Source: Octopus vulgaris (Eukaryota). Taken from it: a stretch of 64,000 nt of DNA. Numbering within the stretch: position 1 is the first letter of the stretch; each line of letters opens with the position of its first letter. The notes beneath the pieces are model-generated. The model ran no database searches. It had not been told where the DNA came from and worked only from the letters and a program-made list of their open reading frames with translations. The DNA lies in contig OX597815.1 of NCBI GenBank assembly GCA_951406725.2, positions 159,960,001 through 160,024,000 on the forward strand. The letters run 5' to 3'. The translations under genes and the position numbers were made by a program. Below, piece after piece: positions 12,064 to 24,395 of the stretch.

Positions 12064-13517
12064 TTTCTAACCATTTCTTGTAATCTATAGATTAGCTTTC
12101 CTTCTAATTTATTATTCTTTGTTATTATATCCTTTATAACCTACACTAATACCTATCTTCAGGGAGACCCACAAACCCATTGCTCTTTGTTGATAATTGC
12201 TTCTATCAACTCCCAATTAATTAGTTTGCTTAATCCTATTGCTGCAGTTTTTCTTTTCAGCTTCAAGGAAACAAGCTGCTTTGAGTAGCCCAAGCATCTT
12301 ATCTAATTTGACTATGCAGATTTACAAACTTGTGATTTTATAGTTGATCTGTCAAAATTGTGGACACCTAATGCTATCCTTATCTGCTGACTTAGTAAAT
12401 AATTTATTTAGGTAAAATGTCAATGACACAGTGCAGTTTGTCCAAATCTATATTGGAACATTTCAAAAATGCAATCAGTACCAGTCAGAAAGTTGGATTT
12501 GTTTGGTTTTGGAGACTTAAGTAAAAAAACAAGCCAACAAATCTCTATTGTTTGTACATTTATGAATGTAAATATTTTGCTAGGTCATCAACATTTTTCA
12601 TCACCATCTCTTTTGATACCAGCCCTTAGTCGACAATATTCACAAATTGCAAATTTGTTCAAGATGACTTTAAAATGTATAATTGTTAGAGTGTCATACA
12701 AAATGCCTAGCAACATTTCATCTGGTTCTTTATGTTCTGAGTTCAAATCCTGCTGAGAATGAATTACTTTACCTTTCATCCTTTCAGGATCGATAAAACA
12801 AAGTACCAGTGAAATACTGGTGTCAAGTTAATCAGCTTGCTCCCTCTTCTCAAAAAAAAAAACCAATAAGCAAACAAATTTATTAACAGTTAATTAATAA
12901 ATAAATAAGATCAAACATTTTTAATATCTAAAAATCAACATTGAAATTTGATCAGCTTGATCTCTAATTATTACTGGATATTTTATCACTGGATATTTAC
13001 ATAGTACTAAACTCTTGACTAGATTTGGATTAGAAAGCATTAGAAATGTATAGTTCAAATCCAGTCTAATACTATTCCTAATACTAGGAATAAAAGGAAA
13101 ATAAATAGATGGCAATAGTTCAAGCAAATTAACCTTTTGCTTGTCCAAAGCATTTTCCTAAGATTGTTCTAAATATCCATGCTTGTTTTCAGACTTTTAG
13201 TTAGCCCTTGTTTCTCAAGTTCTACGTAATATGAAGTGTTTCTTTCATAAGTCTCAAGATATTCTGGTGGCTGAGAAAAATTGGGAATGTGCATTATATG
13301 ATGCATAGAGACCAGGAAAATATATACTGCATACCACATGTGGTACACAGGACTGGCAAAGAGTTATGATATTGTGTAGATGTAAATATTGAAATTCGTT
13401 TTCCTCACGAATAAGGAAGCTAATAGTTTAAATAATCTTCCAAGAAATTTTCATGTAAATTTATGTTTCAAATACTGAATTAATAAGGATAATTTAAAAA
13501 ATTTTTCGTACAGATTA

Positions 13518-13916
13518 GCACAGGTGTGGCTGTGGCAAGAAGCTTACTTCCCAACCTCATGGTTCTGGGTTCAGTTTCACAGCATGGCACCATGGCAAGT
13601 GTCTTCTACTATAATTTTGGGATTTGAGTGGATTTGATAGATGTAAACTGAAAGAAGCCTTTCATACATACATACATACAGGTATTTATGTATATGTTTA
13701 TGTGTGTGTGACTTTTTGTCTGTTTGCTTCCCAACCATTGCTTGACAACTGATATCGGTGTTTTCATCCCCCATAACTTCGTGGTTTGGCAAAAAGGACT
13801 GATAGAATGACTACTAGGCTTACAAAGAATAAGTCCTGGGGTCAGTTTCTTCAACTAAAACCCTTTAAGGCAGTGCTCCAGCATGGCTGCAGTCAAATGA
13901 CTGAAACAATTATAAG
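13518..13916 (+). mobile_element. SINE family B, near full length
   Basis: Head GCACAGGTGTGGCTGTGG..GGGTTCAGT, internal (CATA/TG)n, tail CTCCAGCATGGCTGCAGTCAAATGACTGAAACAA. Other copies at 23536-23906, 38320-38690, 50680-51066, 36665-36860, 37355-37498, 53443-53570. Confidence 0.85.
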
Positions 13917-15324
13917 AACTTACTGAAAGAAAGACTGTGTATTTCACTAGAAATATGCTAAAAAAAAGGGTTAAATCCCACCCTGTTATCTTAAAATGTG
14001 TCTGAATAAAATTTTGGGTGCTCATGGTAAGAATCCTTTCTATCATAGGTCTGCTCATCCAAAGACGACTCATAGCTAAACAACAATATGACATGTTTGA
14101 TCAAGGCTGCAAGCTAGCAAAATTGTTACTGTGTCAGGAAAAATGCTTAGCAATATTTCTTTTGATTTTATGTTCTGAATTCAAATGCTGTTAGGGTTGA
14201 CTTTACGTTTTATCCTTTGGGAATTGATAAAATAAAGTGTCAGTTGAATGCTGGGATCAGTGTAATCGACTTACTCCATTTTTGAAATTGTTGGCCTTGT
14301 GTAAAGGTTTGGAATCAATATAACATATCTTATTTTTTACTGCTCATAGGGGGCTACACACAGAGGGGATAAACAAGGACAGACAAACGGATTAAGTTGA
14401 TTATATCTACCCCAATGTGTAACTGGTACTTAATTTTTCGACCCCGAAAGGATGGAAGGCAAAGTCGACCTCTGTAGAATTTGAACTCAGAATATAGTGG
14501 CAGACGAAATACCGCTAAGCATTTTGCCCAGCATGCTAACTTTTCTGCTAGTTCGCAACCCAAAATAAAACATATCTGACCAGGGTGGCAAGCTAGCAGA
14601 ATCGTTACTGTGCCGGGAAAAATACTTGGTGGTATTTCTTTTAACTTTACAACCTGAGTTCAAATGCTTCTGGGGTCAATTTTGCTTTTCATCCTTTTGG
14701 GGTTGATAAAATAAGGTACCAGCAGGACACTGGAATCAGAGTAACTGACTTACTCCACCCTCAAAATTGCTGACCTTGTTCAAAGATTTGGAATCAATAT
14801 GACATATCTTTGCTTCAAAGACTTCATCTAATTCCATAATCAAAATGGTTTTGCTGTTCTTTTGAAGCACTGCTTAATTGTTACCATAATTCCTTAAATA
14901 TTCTCTTTGCTCTTTCTCTGTCATCTATGAAGAAATACACCACCTGCTCCGTCATGAATAAATTTATTCACCTTTTCAAGTTGCAGTTGTATAATTGGAA
15001 TATCTATTCCACTGATGACACAAGATGCAAAGAAAAGATTTCTATTCTTTACATTTCAATTCCAACCTAGCTTTTCTTTTGCCACTGTATATGTCATTTC
15101 CATGGTTACCTTGTTACATGTCTGTTGTCGTAATACATGTTGAATTTTCACAAACAATAATATCAGCTTCCATCTTCTTCCCCTGCTTCCCCCTGACACA
15201 ATTTTTATTTGTCATTACTTTGACAATTAAAACAAAGAAATATACCTTCTTCTCCACTTCTCAAAGTGACTCCCCTTTTCTTAACAGTACTATTCAAGAA
15301 ATGGCTAAATATCTCATGAAAGTT

Positions 15325-15682
15325 CATCATCATCATCACTTAACATCCGTTTTTCCATACTGGCATGGATTGGACAGTTTGACTGAAAACTGGTAAGCTG
15401 CACCAGATTCCAATCTGATTTGGCATGGTTTCTACGGTTGGATGCCCTTCCTAATGCCAACCTCTCCAAGAGTGTAATGGGTGCTTTTTTAGTGCCACCA
15501 GCATGAGTGCCAGTTACATAACACTGGTGTCAGCCATGCCGCGATCTCACTTTGCTTGACAGGTCTTCTCAAGCACGGTTTATCGCCAAAGGTCTCAGTC
15601 ACTTGTCACTGCTTCTGTGAGACTCAGCATTTGAAGATCATACTTCACCACCTTCTCCCATGTCTTCCTGGGTCTACCTCTT
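15325..15682 (-). mobile_element. 5'-truncated RTE LINE (ORF C-terminus + 3' tail)
   Basis: Minus strand reads RGRPRKTWEKVVKYDLQMLSLTEAVTSD*DLWR*TVLEKTCQAK*, then the shared tail and (ATG)n. Confidence 0.85.
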
Positions 15683-16523
15683 AACAATAATTCTTTCTAA
15701 ATTTGCCACAGAACAAGCAACTTTGAGAGGAAGTGAATTGAGTACATTGACTCTAGTATTTGACTGGTACTTTGTTTTATTAATCCTGAAAGGATGAAAG
15801 GCAAAATTGTTCATTCTCAGCAGGATTTGAACTCAGAACAATCTATTCATTCTATTCATTCAGGCTCATGTGTTGGCCTATTCATTCAGGCTCATCTGTT
15901 GGCTTATTCATTCAGGCTACACCTGAAACTCTCACCCATATTTTTGCCAATTTAATGAAGCACATCACTTCTTGCACCTTCTTTGCCTTTCTCGTTGGAT
16001 AGTATTTGAAGAAGTTGATAACAAATTGGCTAGAAAGGAAAATCCCCTCAAACTTGCTTCTCACACCATTTTCTATAACCATATAAAAAAGAAAATTGCT
16101 TGTCTCCAACAAGCTGCAGGATAATCTTCAGCAGAATAGACTTGTTCAGTAGCTATTTCTGTCCAATTTGCTTTCATTGTTTACTTATTTCAGTTGTTAG
16201 ACTGTGGCTATGCTGAGACACCACCTTGAAGAATATTTAGTTAAATGAATCAATCTCAGTACTATTTTTTAAAAGCCTGATACTTATTCTATCAATATCT
16301 TTTGCTGAACTGCTAAGTTATGGGGACATAAACACACTAACACCAGTTGTTAAGCAGTGTGGGGGGACAAACACAGACACAAAGTCACACACATGCACAT
16401 ATATGTATGTTTATGGATATCCTTGTTGCTTATTTTGATTTTAATCACCTTATTTTGAAATTGTATGGATAATACCATACTAAATTCTGGTGCCTCAACT
16501 TAAGTATCATATTCATCTGAATC

Positions 16524-16536
16524 TATGTATCTATCC

Positions 16537-16626
<90 letters not shown>

Positions 16627-16660
16627 ATATATATATATATGTATGTATGTATGTATGTAT
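16524..16660. repeat. (TATC)n/(TA)n/(TATG)n compound microsatellite
   Basis: Direct reading. Confidence 0.95.
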
Positions 16661-16665
16661 CAATA

Positions 16666-16900
16666 GGAAATAGTGGCACAACAAGGCACCAATGTTTGCT
16701 GGAAATAGCAGTCAATAACCATGCAAGTACTAGGTTGTCCATATCTCTAGCATTTCTCCTAGAGGTAAGACAAAAGTTTTTATGTTCACCGCCTGTACAC
16801 ATCTTTGCCTCTATACATGCAGTGAAGCTATACATGGCATCGTATGGTTATTGACTGCTATTTTCAGCAAACATTGGTGCCTTGTTGTGCTACTATTTCC
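16666..16900. repeat. Inverted-repeat cassette (~59-bp arms, ~117-bp spacer) between microsatellites
   Basis: GGAAATAGTGGCACAACAAGGCACCAATGTTTGCTGGAAATAGCAGTCAATAACCAT versus its reverse complement at 16842-16900. Confidence 0.85.
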
Positions 16901-17775
16901 AATTTATGGTGCTTATTGCTGGAAAATAATACTATTGTAATAACATTTATAATTTTATATATATACATACACACACACACACAACAGGCTTCTTTCAGTT
17001 CCTGTTTACAAAATCCACTCACAAAGCTTTGGTTGGCCTGAGGCTATATTAGAAGACGTTTGCCCAAGATGTCATGCAGTGGGACAGAACCTGGAACCAT
17101 GTGGTTGGGAAGCAAGCTTCTTACCACACAGCCTTGACTGACAACAGTAATTCGAGATAAGCTCACAAGTCAGCAATGTTCAGACACTGAATGAGTGTTT
17201 GGAGAATGACAATTTGTTGTACAAGCATGCTGAAACATGCTTGTACAGTTTATCCCAAAGTGGCAATACCCTCAGTAGCATTTTCAGGTGAAGGATTTTT
17301 GGAAGTTGTGCATAATTCTTGAGTGCTCAGTTTGTTTTTATAAACACCCAGAATGACACTCATGCTCACTGCTAAATCTTTTTAGAATGCATAACTTGTT
17401 GTTTTAACAGGTGAAGCATCTTAGTAATATAGGTATGTTGAACCCCAGATAAAACTTGTTAAATGCTTGACATAGGAACACAACTCAAAGGTATAAGCTG
17501 CAGGAAAAACAAAATGCAATTATGACTTCTGACTGTCAGGGAATCTTTATAAATATAAAGCTGTATCATGCATAGGATGTTGGAAGCAAATAGCTTCATT
17601 AAGAAGCAAAAGAGAAAATTTTGTGTTCTGGCCACACATGGAGCCAAAATCAAAGTACAGCCATCAGATGATGATATGAATATTTCAATGATAATACTGA
17701 TATTAATTAAATTAAGGTTATATATATATGTGTATCTATCTGTCTGTCTATACATACATACATACATACATACAT

Positions 17776-17838
<63 letters not shown>

Positions 17839-18222
17839 CACACACACATGTGTATACATACATATATACAAATCTAAAGGCAACAAGTATAGTCATCACT
17901 AAAGTGACACAGGGTGCTAGTCAGCACCAGCATTGCTAGAAATAGGAGCTGAAACAACTCTTAGCCACATGAGAGCACTTTTCTAACAACTGACAAGGGA
18001 GACAAGATCCCTAAGGCAAGAGAGATGGAGTCACGTCAGCTCTGATTTCAGATTTGACTAATCTTCACCAGTGGCACATTACTCCATTGCCAAGTATGTA
18101 TGTATAATTTGGCAGGATTCAAGTAGTCTAAAAAGAGTAAAGGCTCAATAAGAATGGAAGCTTAGCACCCAGTAGTTTTTTAGCTTTGAAAATATTTGTG
18201 TATATATATATATATATATTCC

Positions 18223-18376
18223 TTTAGAGATAGTAGGCCCCTTCATCTCACCATTTAAAAAAGAATTTTTATTTTAAATACCTACTAGTAGGTATTTAAA
18301 ATAAAAATTAAAATAAAATAAAATAAAAATAAAAATTCTTTTATATGGTGAGATGAAGGGGCCTACTATCTCTAAA
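18223..18376. repeat. Spacerless palindrome centred on CCTACT|AGTAGG, next to (TA)n
   Basis: TTTAGAGATAGTAGGCCCCTTCATCTCACCAT.. is mirrored by ..ATGGTGAGATGAAGGGGCCTACTATCTCTAAA; one arm has an AAAAT expansion. Confidence 0.9.
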
Positions 18377-18972
18377 TGAAAATATATATTTCTTCATTGA
18401 GAGTAATTTGAACTCCTGTTATGCCGGAATTTTTATTCCCTAACAAATAAAATTAAATATATATATATATATAATGTATAATTGAAGGCATAGCTCAAAT
18501 TTTATAATGGTTGGAATACTTTGATGGGAAATATTCTAACAGTGTTTAAATAGTCTTCATATCTTTTGTTATTACAACTGTACTTAATTCTGACAAAGCT
18601 TTTCTCAGGTGTTTATGCTTGAATACAAAAAAAAAAAGACATGTATGTATTCATGGATAAAAAACTACATATGTATCTGTATGTGTTTGTGTGTACTCCG
18701 CTGATATAAATTGTTATGTTATGTATAACATGGTGACAAGCAGAAAGAATTTAATTTATTTCTTTCACATTTTACTGGTTCAAGTCAAAGAAGTGTACAA
18801 ATTTTGTTTGTTTTTCACTTCTTATCTCTCATCTCCAGCTTTCTTAAGATATGCATTAACGCATGGTATTTATATATTTTAGTATTTCTTTCCATTTATT
18901 TGCATCTTTACTATTGCTAACATTGTGAATTTTGAAGTTTGAATGCTATAATAGTAAAGTGATAGTCTAAAA

Positions 18973-19596
18973 CAGTGATTCTCAATTATTTTTTTTTTAT
19001 CTATGGACCCCCCTTTGATTACTGTTTAATTCTGGTGGACCGCCATAGCCATTCAGTTCTTAAAAGCTAGTTTTATAGATCTTCTCTCAACATTTCTAAT
19101 TTGTTTTTCACACGTTCACTTGTGTAGGTTTGCAAACAGAATTTTCTGAGAGAACATGTTTCAGTTGCCAGAAACATGTTGAACTAGGTAAAGTATTAAA
19201 AACTAACTGTTTCTTGCAATAAATACATCTCAAGCAAAAGATTTTTCATGGACCCTTAAGATTCTACTATGGATCTTCATTTTATTATTTTGCTTTCATG
19301 GACCTCCAAAAATCTTATATGTATTTCTTTACTACCCACAAGGGGCTAAACATAGAGGGGACAAACAAGGACAGACAAAGGGATTAAGTCAATTACATCG
19401 ACCCCAGTGTGAAAGTGGTACTTTATTTATCAATCCCAAAAGAATGAAAGGCAAAGTCAACCTCGATGGAATTTGAACTCAGAACATAACGGCAGATGAA
19501 ATACGGCTATGCATTTCGCCCGGCATGCTAACGTTTCTGCCAGCTCGCCACCTTGACCTCCAAAAATCTTAAATAGACTCCAGTTGAGAATCTCTG
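18973..19596. mobile_element. hAT/Charlie-like MITE (CAGTGRTTCTCAA..GTTGAGAATCTCTG) with a nested SINE A
   Basis: Termini resemble CAGTGGTTCTCAAC; NTCTAA-like flanks. SINE 19321-19554 has a TSD GACCTCCAAAAATCTTA. An opposite-orientation copy lies at ~50658-51345. Confidence 0.65.
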
Positions 19597-20225
19597 TTCT
19601 AAGTGAATTACCCTTTTTACTATCAACACTGCTCCATGTTGAAATCATGTTTCTGTTCCATTCATATGGTACACATACAGTTGTGTGATAAAGATGTTTA
19701 CTTTGCAACTATGTGGTCCTAAGTTCAATTCAACTCTGTGGCACCTTTGATAAGTGTCTTTAATGTAGCCTTGGTCTGTTCAGTGCTGCAGCTACTATTA
19801 TCAACAGTTATAGTCTATTATGTTGACCATCTATAATGTTTTTAATACTTAGTAAATTGCTCAGTAAATATATAGATTGTAAAATGAACAATGGTGTTAA
19901 GAGAACTAAACTAGTCCAATATTATCTCACTGAGTATTACTGTTCAAAAACAATGGTCCTTGCCTCAGTCTGATATACACACAAGTGCATGTGTGCACAC
20001 ACACACACGATGCTAGTTAGTGACAAAAGAGCAGATGAGGGCACATCATCAATAAATACACAGACTGTGAAAAAAGGATGCTGATGAACCAAATGATTGA
20101 TCAAACAAAATTGATTAGTTAATTAGTTAACTAGTGAAGTGATAACAACAAAAGTAGTAAAAATGAATCCAGCTCATTGCATTTTAATATATGATTTCAC
20201 ATTAAGAATCTTGCAAAAGAAATAC

Positions 20226-20264
<39 letters not shown>

Positions 20265-20799
20265 TAGATAGATATATGCATATGCCTGTATGTATGTATG
20301 GGTAGAGATAGATATCATTGTTTGGTAATGATCCAGCCAAAACATAATCAATACAAGTACAGAATACAGTGGTTTATTAGCCCTTTAGTATTTAAATAAG
20401 CCATATCCAACCCAAATATTCTATCTCTTTTACTTACAAACTAGCTAGATCAGTTCTCTCACACCTGCCTTACAATGTTATTCTAAGGGAAAACAGTCTC
20501 ATCATAGGAATCTCGAAACTCCAAAATAATGCCTGATTAATTAAAAACAACGTGAATAAATTAGCATTATATTTGACAGAGGGATCTGAATGCTGAAGTT
20601 AAAGTCAGTCCAATGGTTGTTACTCAGGAAATTTTCATAGTGTGAAACCACTTCTTCAGACACATCCAAACTGCCCACAAAACATGCTTCATTAATTTGA
20701 TGGCAACAGTTGCATGGAAAAAGCTGTTATAATTATTATTCTTGAGTCATTTCAGCCATACTACCAATATAAGCATGTTTTCAATGTATGGCTGTTAAT

Positions 20800-21110
20800 G
20801 TCGTGATGAAGCATGTCTCTTCATCACTTTTGACTTATTTGATGAAGCAGCTGTGCACCATGGGAACCCCTGAGTAACACACCATTGGACTAGCCTTCTT
20901 TGAAGAGAGAAGGTTCGCATCCTCCATATATTTACCAGTGTGTTTCAAGTCAGTGTATGCAACCCTGTTGTTCTCAAATTCTTTAACACCAATTGCAATC
21001 AAATTCCTTCATAGCACCCTATCTGATGCAAAATCTTCTCTGGTGTGAGTATGAATATTGATCTTTTTAAGTATGTTTTAAGATTGTCACTGAAATGCTT
21101 GTATGACTTG
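20800..21110 (-). mobile_element. RTE/BovB-like LINE C-terminal remnant
   Basis: Minus strand reads FSDNLKTYLKKINIHTHTREDFASDRVL*RNLIAIGVKEFENNRVAYTDLKH, similar to the W.D.A.DR..WR..I..G...FE..R motif. Confidence 0.6.
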
Positions 21111-22407
21111 CACTGGGGACATTTCAGTTGCCAGAAACATGTTGAACTAGGTAAAACATTAAAGAATGAAACGTAGCTGTTTCTTGCAATAAATACATAT
21201 GAAGCAAAGGTTTTTTCATGGACCCTTAAAATACTACTATGAATCCTCAGTTTAATATTTTACTTTCATAGACCTTCAAAAATCTTATATGGACTCCTGT
21301 TGAGAATCTCTGTTCTAAGTGAATTAACCTTTTTACTATCAACACTGCTCCATGTTGAAACCATGTTTTTGTTCCATTCATATGGTACAGGCATGGTTGT
21401 GTGTTTTGGCTTGTGAGAATCCTCTAAATAGATCTCCAGTTTGAAGATAACTCTCTCCCTTCCTCCTACAAGTCATAAAAAGCAAAGGTCATAGGTATCA
21501 TCCTTCACCCTTTGACTGTGTGCCACAAAATTTCTAATATCTTGATATTAGTTTTAACCTACACAAAGCCAGTAATTTTAGCAGGAAGGATTCAGTTAAT
21601 CACACCACCCTCAGTATTCAGTAGGTAGTTATTTTATTGACTCCATAAGGATAAAAGGCAGGTTGACCTCAGAGAAATTTGAACTCAGAACTTAATGAGG
21701 TAGAAAAAATGCTGTTTTGCTTTTTGTCTAATGTACCAACAATTCTCTCAGTGTATTACCCTTTTTAACCTAAATAATAAGGACCATATGATTCTGGTAA
21801 GAATCTGACTTTAAGGAATCAATATAGATATTGCACTACTTAACTGTGAGGTAAAAAAATGTCTATTGGTTTGAGATTAGTTTTAATCTATTTAACCAGG
21901 ACTATACAAATCTGATAAGGATCTGAGCTGAGGGAGTTGATATATAATGCACTATTTAGAAAAAGGCAGGATCACATATTTCATGAGATACTCACACAAA
22001 CACAATGTCAAATCTCCATATTCCTTATCTGATATTCAGGTATATACATATTTTCTTGCATTTTCTATTTTTTCCTGTTTTTTTTTTTTGTTTTCAAAGC
22101 AGAATTATATTTTATTAGCTTCATGCTTTCCCAGTGAAGAAGAAATAATGAAGAAATATGCACTTGTCAAGGAGCTCTTCTTTCTTTTCAAATAGTTTAT
22201 ATATATAACGTATTTTGTGTGTGGCAAGAAGCTTGTTTCCAAGCCACATGGTTCTGGGTTCAGTCCCATTGTGTGGTAACTTGGGCAAGTGTCTTCTACC
22301 ATAGCCTCAGACCAGACAAAGTTCTTGTGAGTGGATTTGGTAGACAGAGACTGAAAGAAGCCTTTCATGTACATACACACACACACGCACACACACATCC
22401 ACACATC

Positions 22408-22957
22408 AGAAATTAAAGAAGGAAAATGCACACACTTTACATATTGTTAATATAATTTTTAATACATCTTATATTGAGTTTGTCAACTGGTTTCGCTTTC
22501 ACTAATCATGACATTAAAATTTATTTAAATACATATTTCACAGATTTCCCCTTCTACCAGTGCAAAGATATAATTTGTTTCTATAGAAAAATGTTTAAAT
22601 AAAGAAAATTTATTCATCAAAAAATACAGAACACATCTAAATATGCATGCATAACCAACTTTCATCTCTATACATATTTTAATTCATTATTACATACCAT
22701 CACTGTACATATTTCTCCCCACTACTCTAGGTTTTGTATTTTTGTGTATATGTATTCCCTCCCCTGTCCACAATAATAACGATAACCAGTTGCCTCCTCT
22801 TAGATTTTTTACTTGTTGAATGATTCATTCATAAACTCAAATAAATTTTAATGTCATGATTAGTAAAAATGAAACCGGTCAACAAACACAATATAAGATA
22901 TATTAAAAATCATATTAAGACTATGTAAAGTGTGTGCATTTTCCTTCTTTAATTTCT
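22408..22957 (+). mobile_element. Inverted-repeat cassette (~119-bp arms) with hammerhead 3' half GAAACCGGTC
   Basis: Arms 22408-22526 / 22839-22957; GAAACCGGTC-AACAA at 22871. Sits inside a split SINE B. Confidence 0.6.
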
Positions 22958-24102
22958 TATATATATTACAACTCACCACGTGGGGATAATTGTAATTCCT
23001 CCCTTCTTGTTATATATGTGTGTGTGTGTGTCTTTGTATGTATATTTGTGCCCCACTCACTGTTTGAAACTGGTGTTGGTGTGTTTACATCCTCATAACT
23101 TAGCAGTTCAGCAAAAGAGGCCAATAGAATAAGTACTAGGCTTACAAATAAATAAGTCCTGGTGTCGATTTGTTCAACTCAAACCTTTCAAGGTGGTGCT
23201 CCAGCATGGCTACAGTCAAATGACTGAAACAAGTAAAAGAATAAAAGAAAATGTCTGTTGGCTGAAATTACCTAATGTCTACATGCTTCCACTGCTGGTT
23301 GCATATCCTTAACTTTTTGTGAACTACGTCTGCCAACATTATGATGTAATTCTGAGCCTCCAGAAACAGCTGTCGGACCCATAATACCTTACCTTCCCTT
23401 AATTGCTTGTGTCTTTGTACTTTGTGTAAGTCTACTTTGTTACTATATAAATACCTATATATTCATACATGAATATTCATTTCCTGAATATTTTCAGTCT
23501 TTGTTTTCTCTCTGCTTGCATCTATATATTTTTTTATTCTTTTGTTTGTTTCAGTCATTTGACTGTGGCCATGTTGGAGCACCACATTTAATAGAGCAAA
23601 TTGACCCCAGGACTTATTCTTTGTAAGCCTGTACTTATTCTAGCTATCTCTTTTGCTGAACTGGGCATGTAATGACACAAGCATTGGTCGTTAAGTGATG
23701 TTGGAGAGACAAACACAGATGCACACGCACGCATACACACATATATACGACGGGTTTACTTCAGTTTCCATCAACCGAATCCACTCACAAGGCTTTGGTC
23801 AGCCTGAGACTATAGTAGAAGACTCTTGCTCAAGGTGCCATGCAGTGGGACTGAACCCAGAACCATGTCGTTGGTAAGCAAGGTACATACTACACAACCA
23901 CTCCTGTATATTTTATATATCTAGCCCAAGTGGTTTTCTTTATTTAATTGCATCATTATCTCCATATCAGCTCACCTGGATTCCTTTTATAGCTACTCTT
24001 TATTCTGCATGCTTAGTCCTCAGTAAAAATTTCAAAGTATAACTTATAATCATTTGAGTGCTACTGTTTTCTATCAGTGGAGGATCTCATCTGTTGACTC
24101 TC

Positions 24103-24148
<46 letters not shown>

Positions 24149-24214
24149 GTTGATAAAAAAAGTAAGACAACAAAAGAATGAAAGAGACCTTGATATTATT
24201 TAAATAGAGGAATT

Positions 24215-24395
24215 TATCTGTAAATGTAACATGTGACAATTATTCAGTAGCCATGATACAACTCCGAGTTTTGGATGTATTTTTCTGATGGCCGGATAAC
24301 TGAAGAGATGGCTTCATGGATTTCCCCCTTGGCATCTGAAACTCGGAGTTATATCATGGCTACTGAATAATTGTCACATATTACATTTACAGATA
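24215..24395 (+). mobile_element. Inverted-repeat cassette with type I hammerhead motif
   Basis: Arms 24215-24277 / 24333-24395; GATAA-CTGAAGA(24300)-GATG..CATCT-GAAAC(24338)-TCGGA-GTT-ATATC; (TA)n on both sides. Confidence 0.65.

Noticed and set aside
15845-15917. Short tandem repeat (~26 bp x3); similar ~34-bp duplication at 32815-32905
   Set aside because: Ordinary slippage duplications with no further structure.
17480-17700. Possible LTR-retrotransposon integrase remnant (..RENFVFWPHM..)
   Set aside because: Single short motif with no supporting His/Cys or DDE residues in frame.
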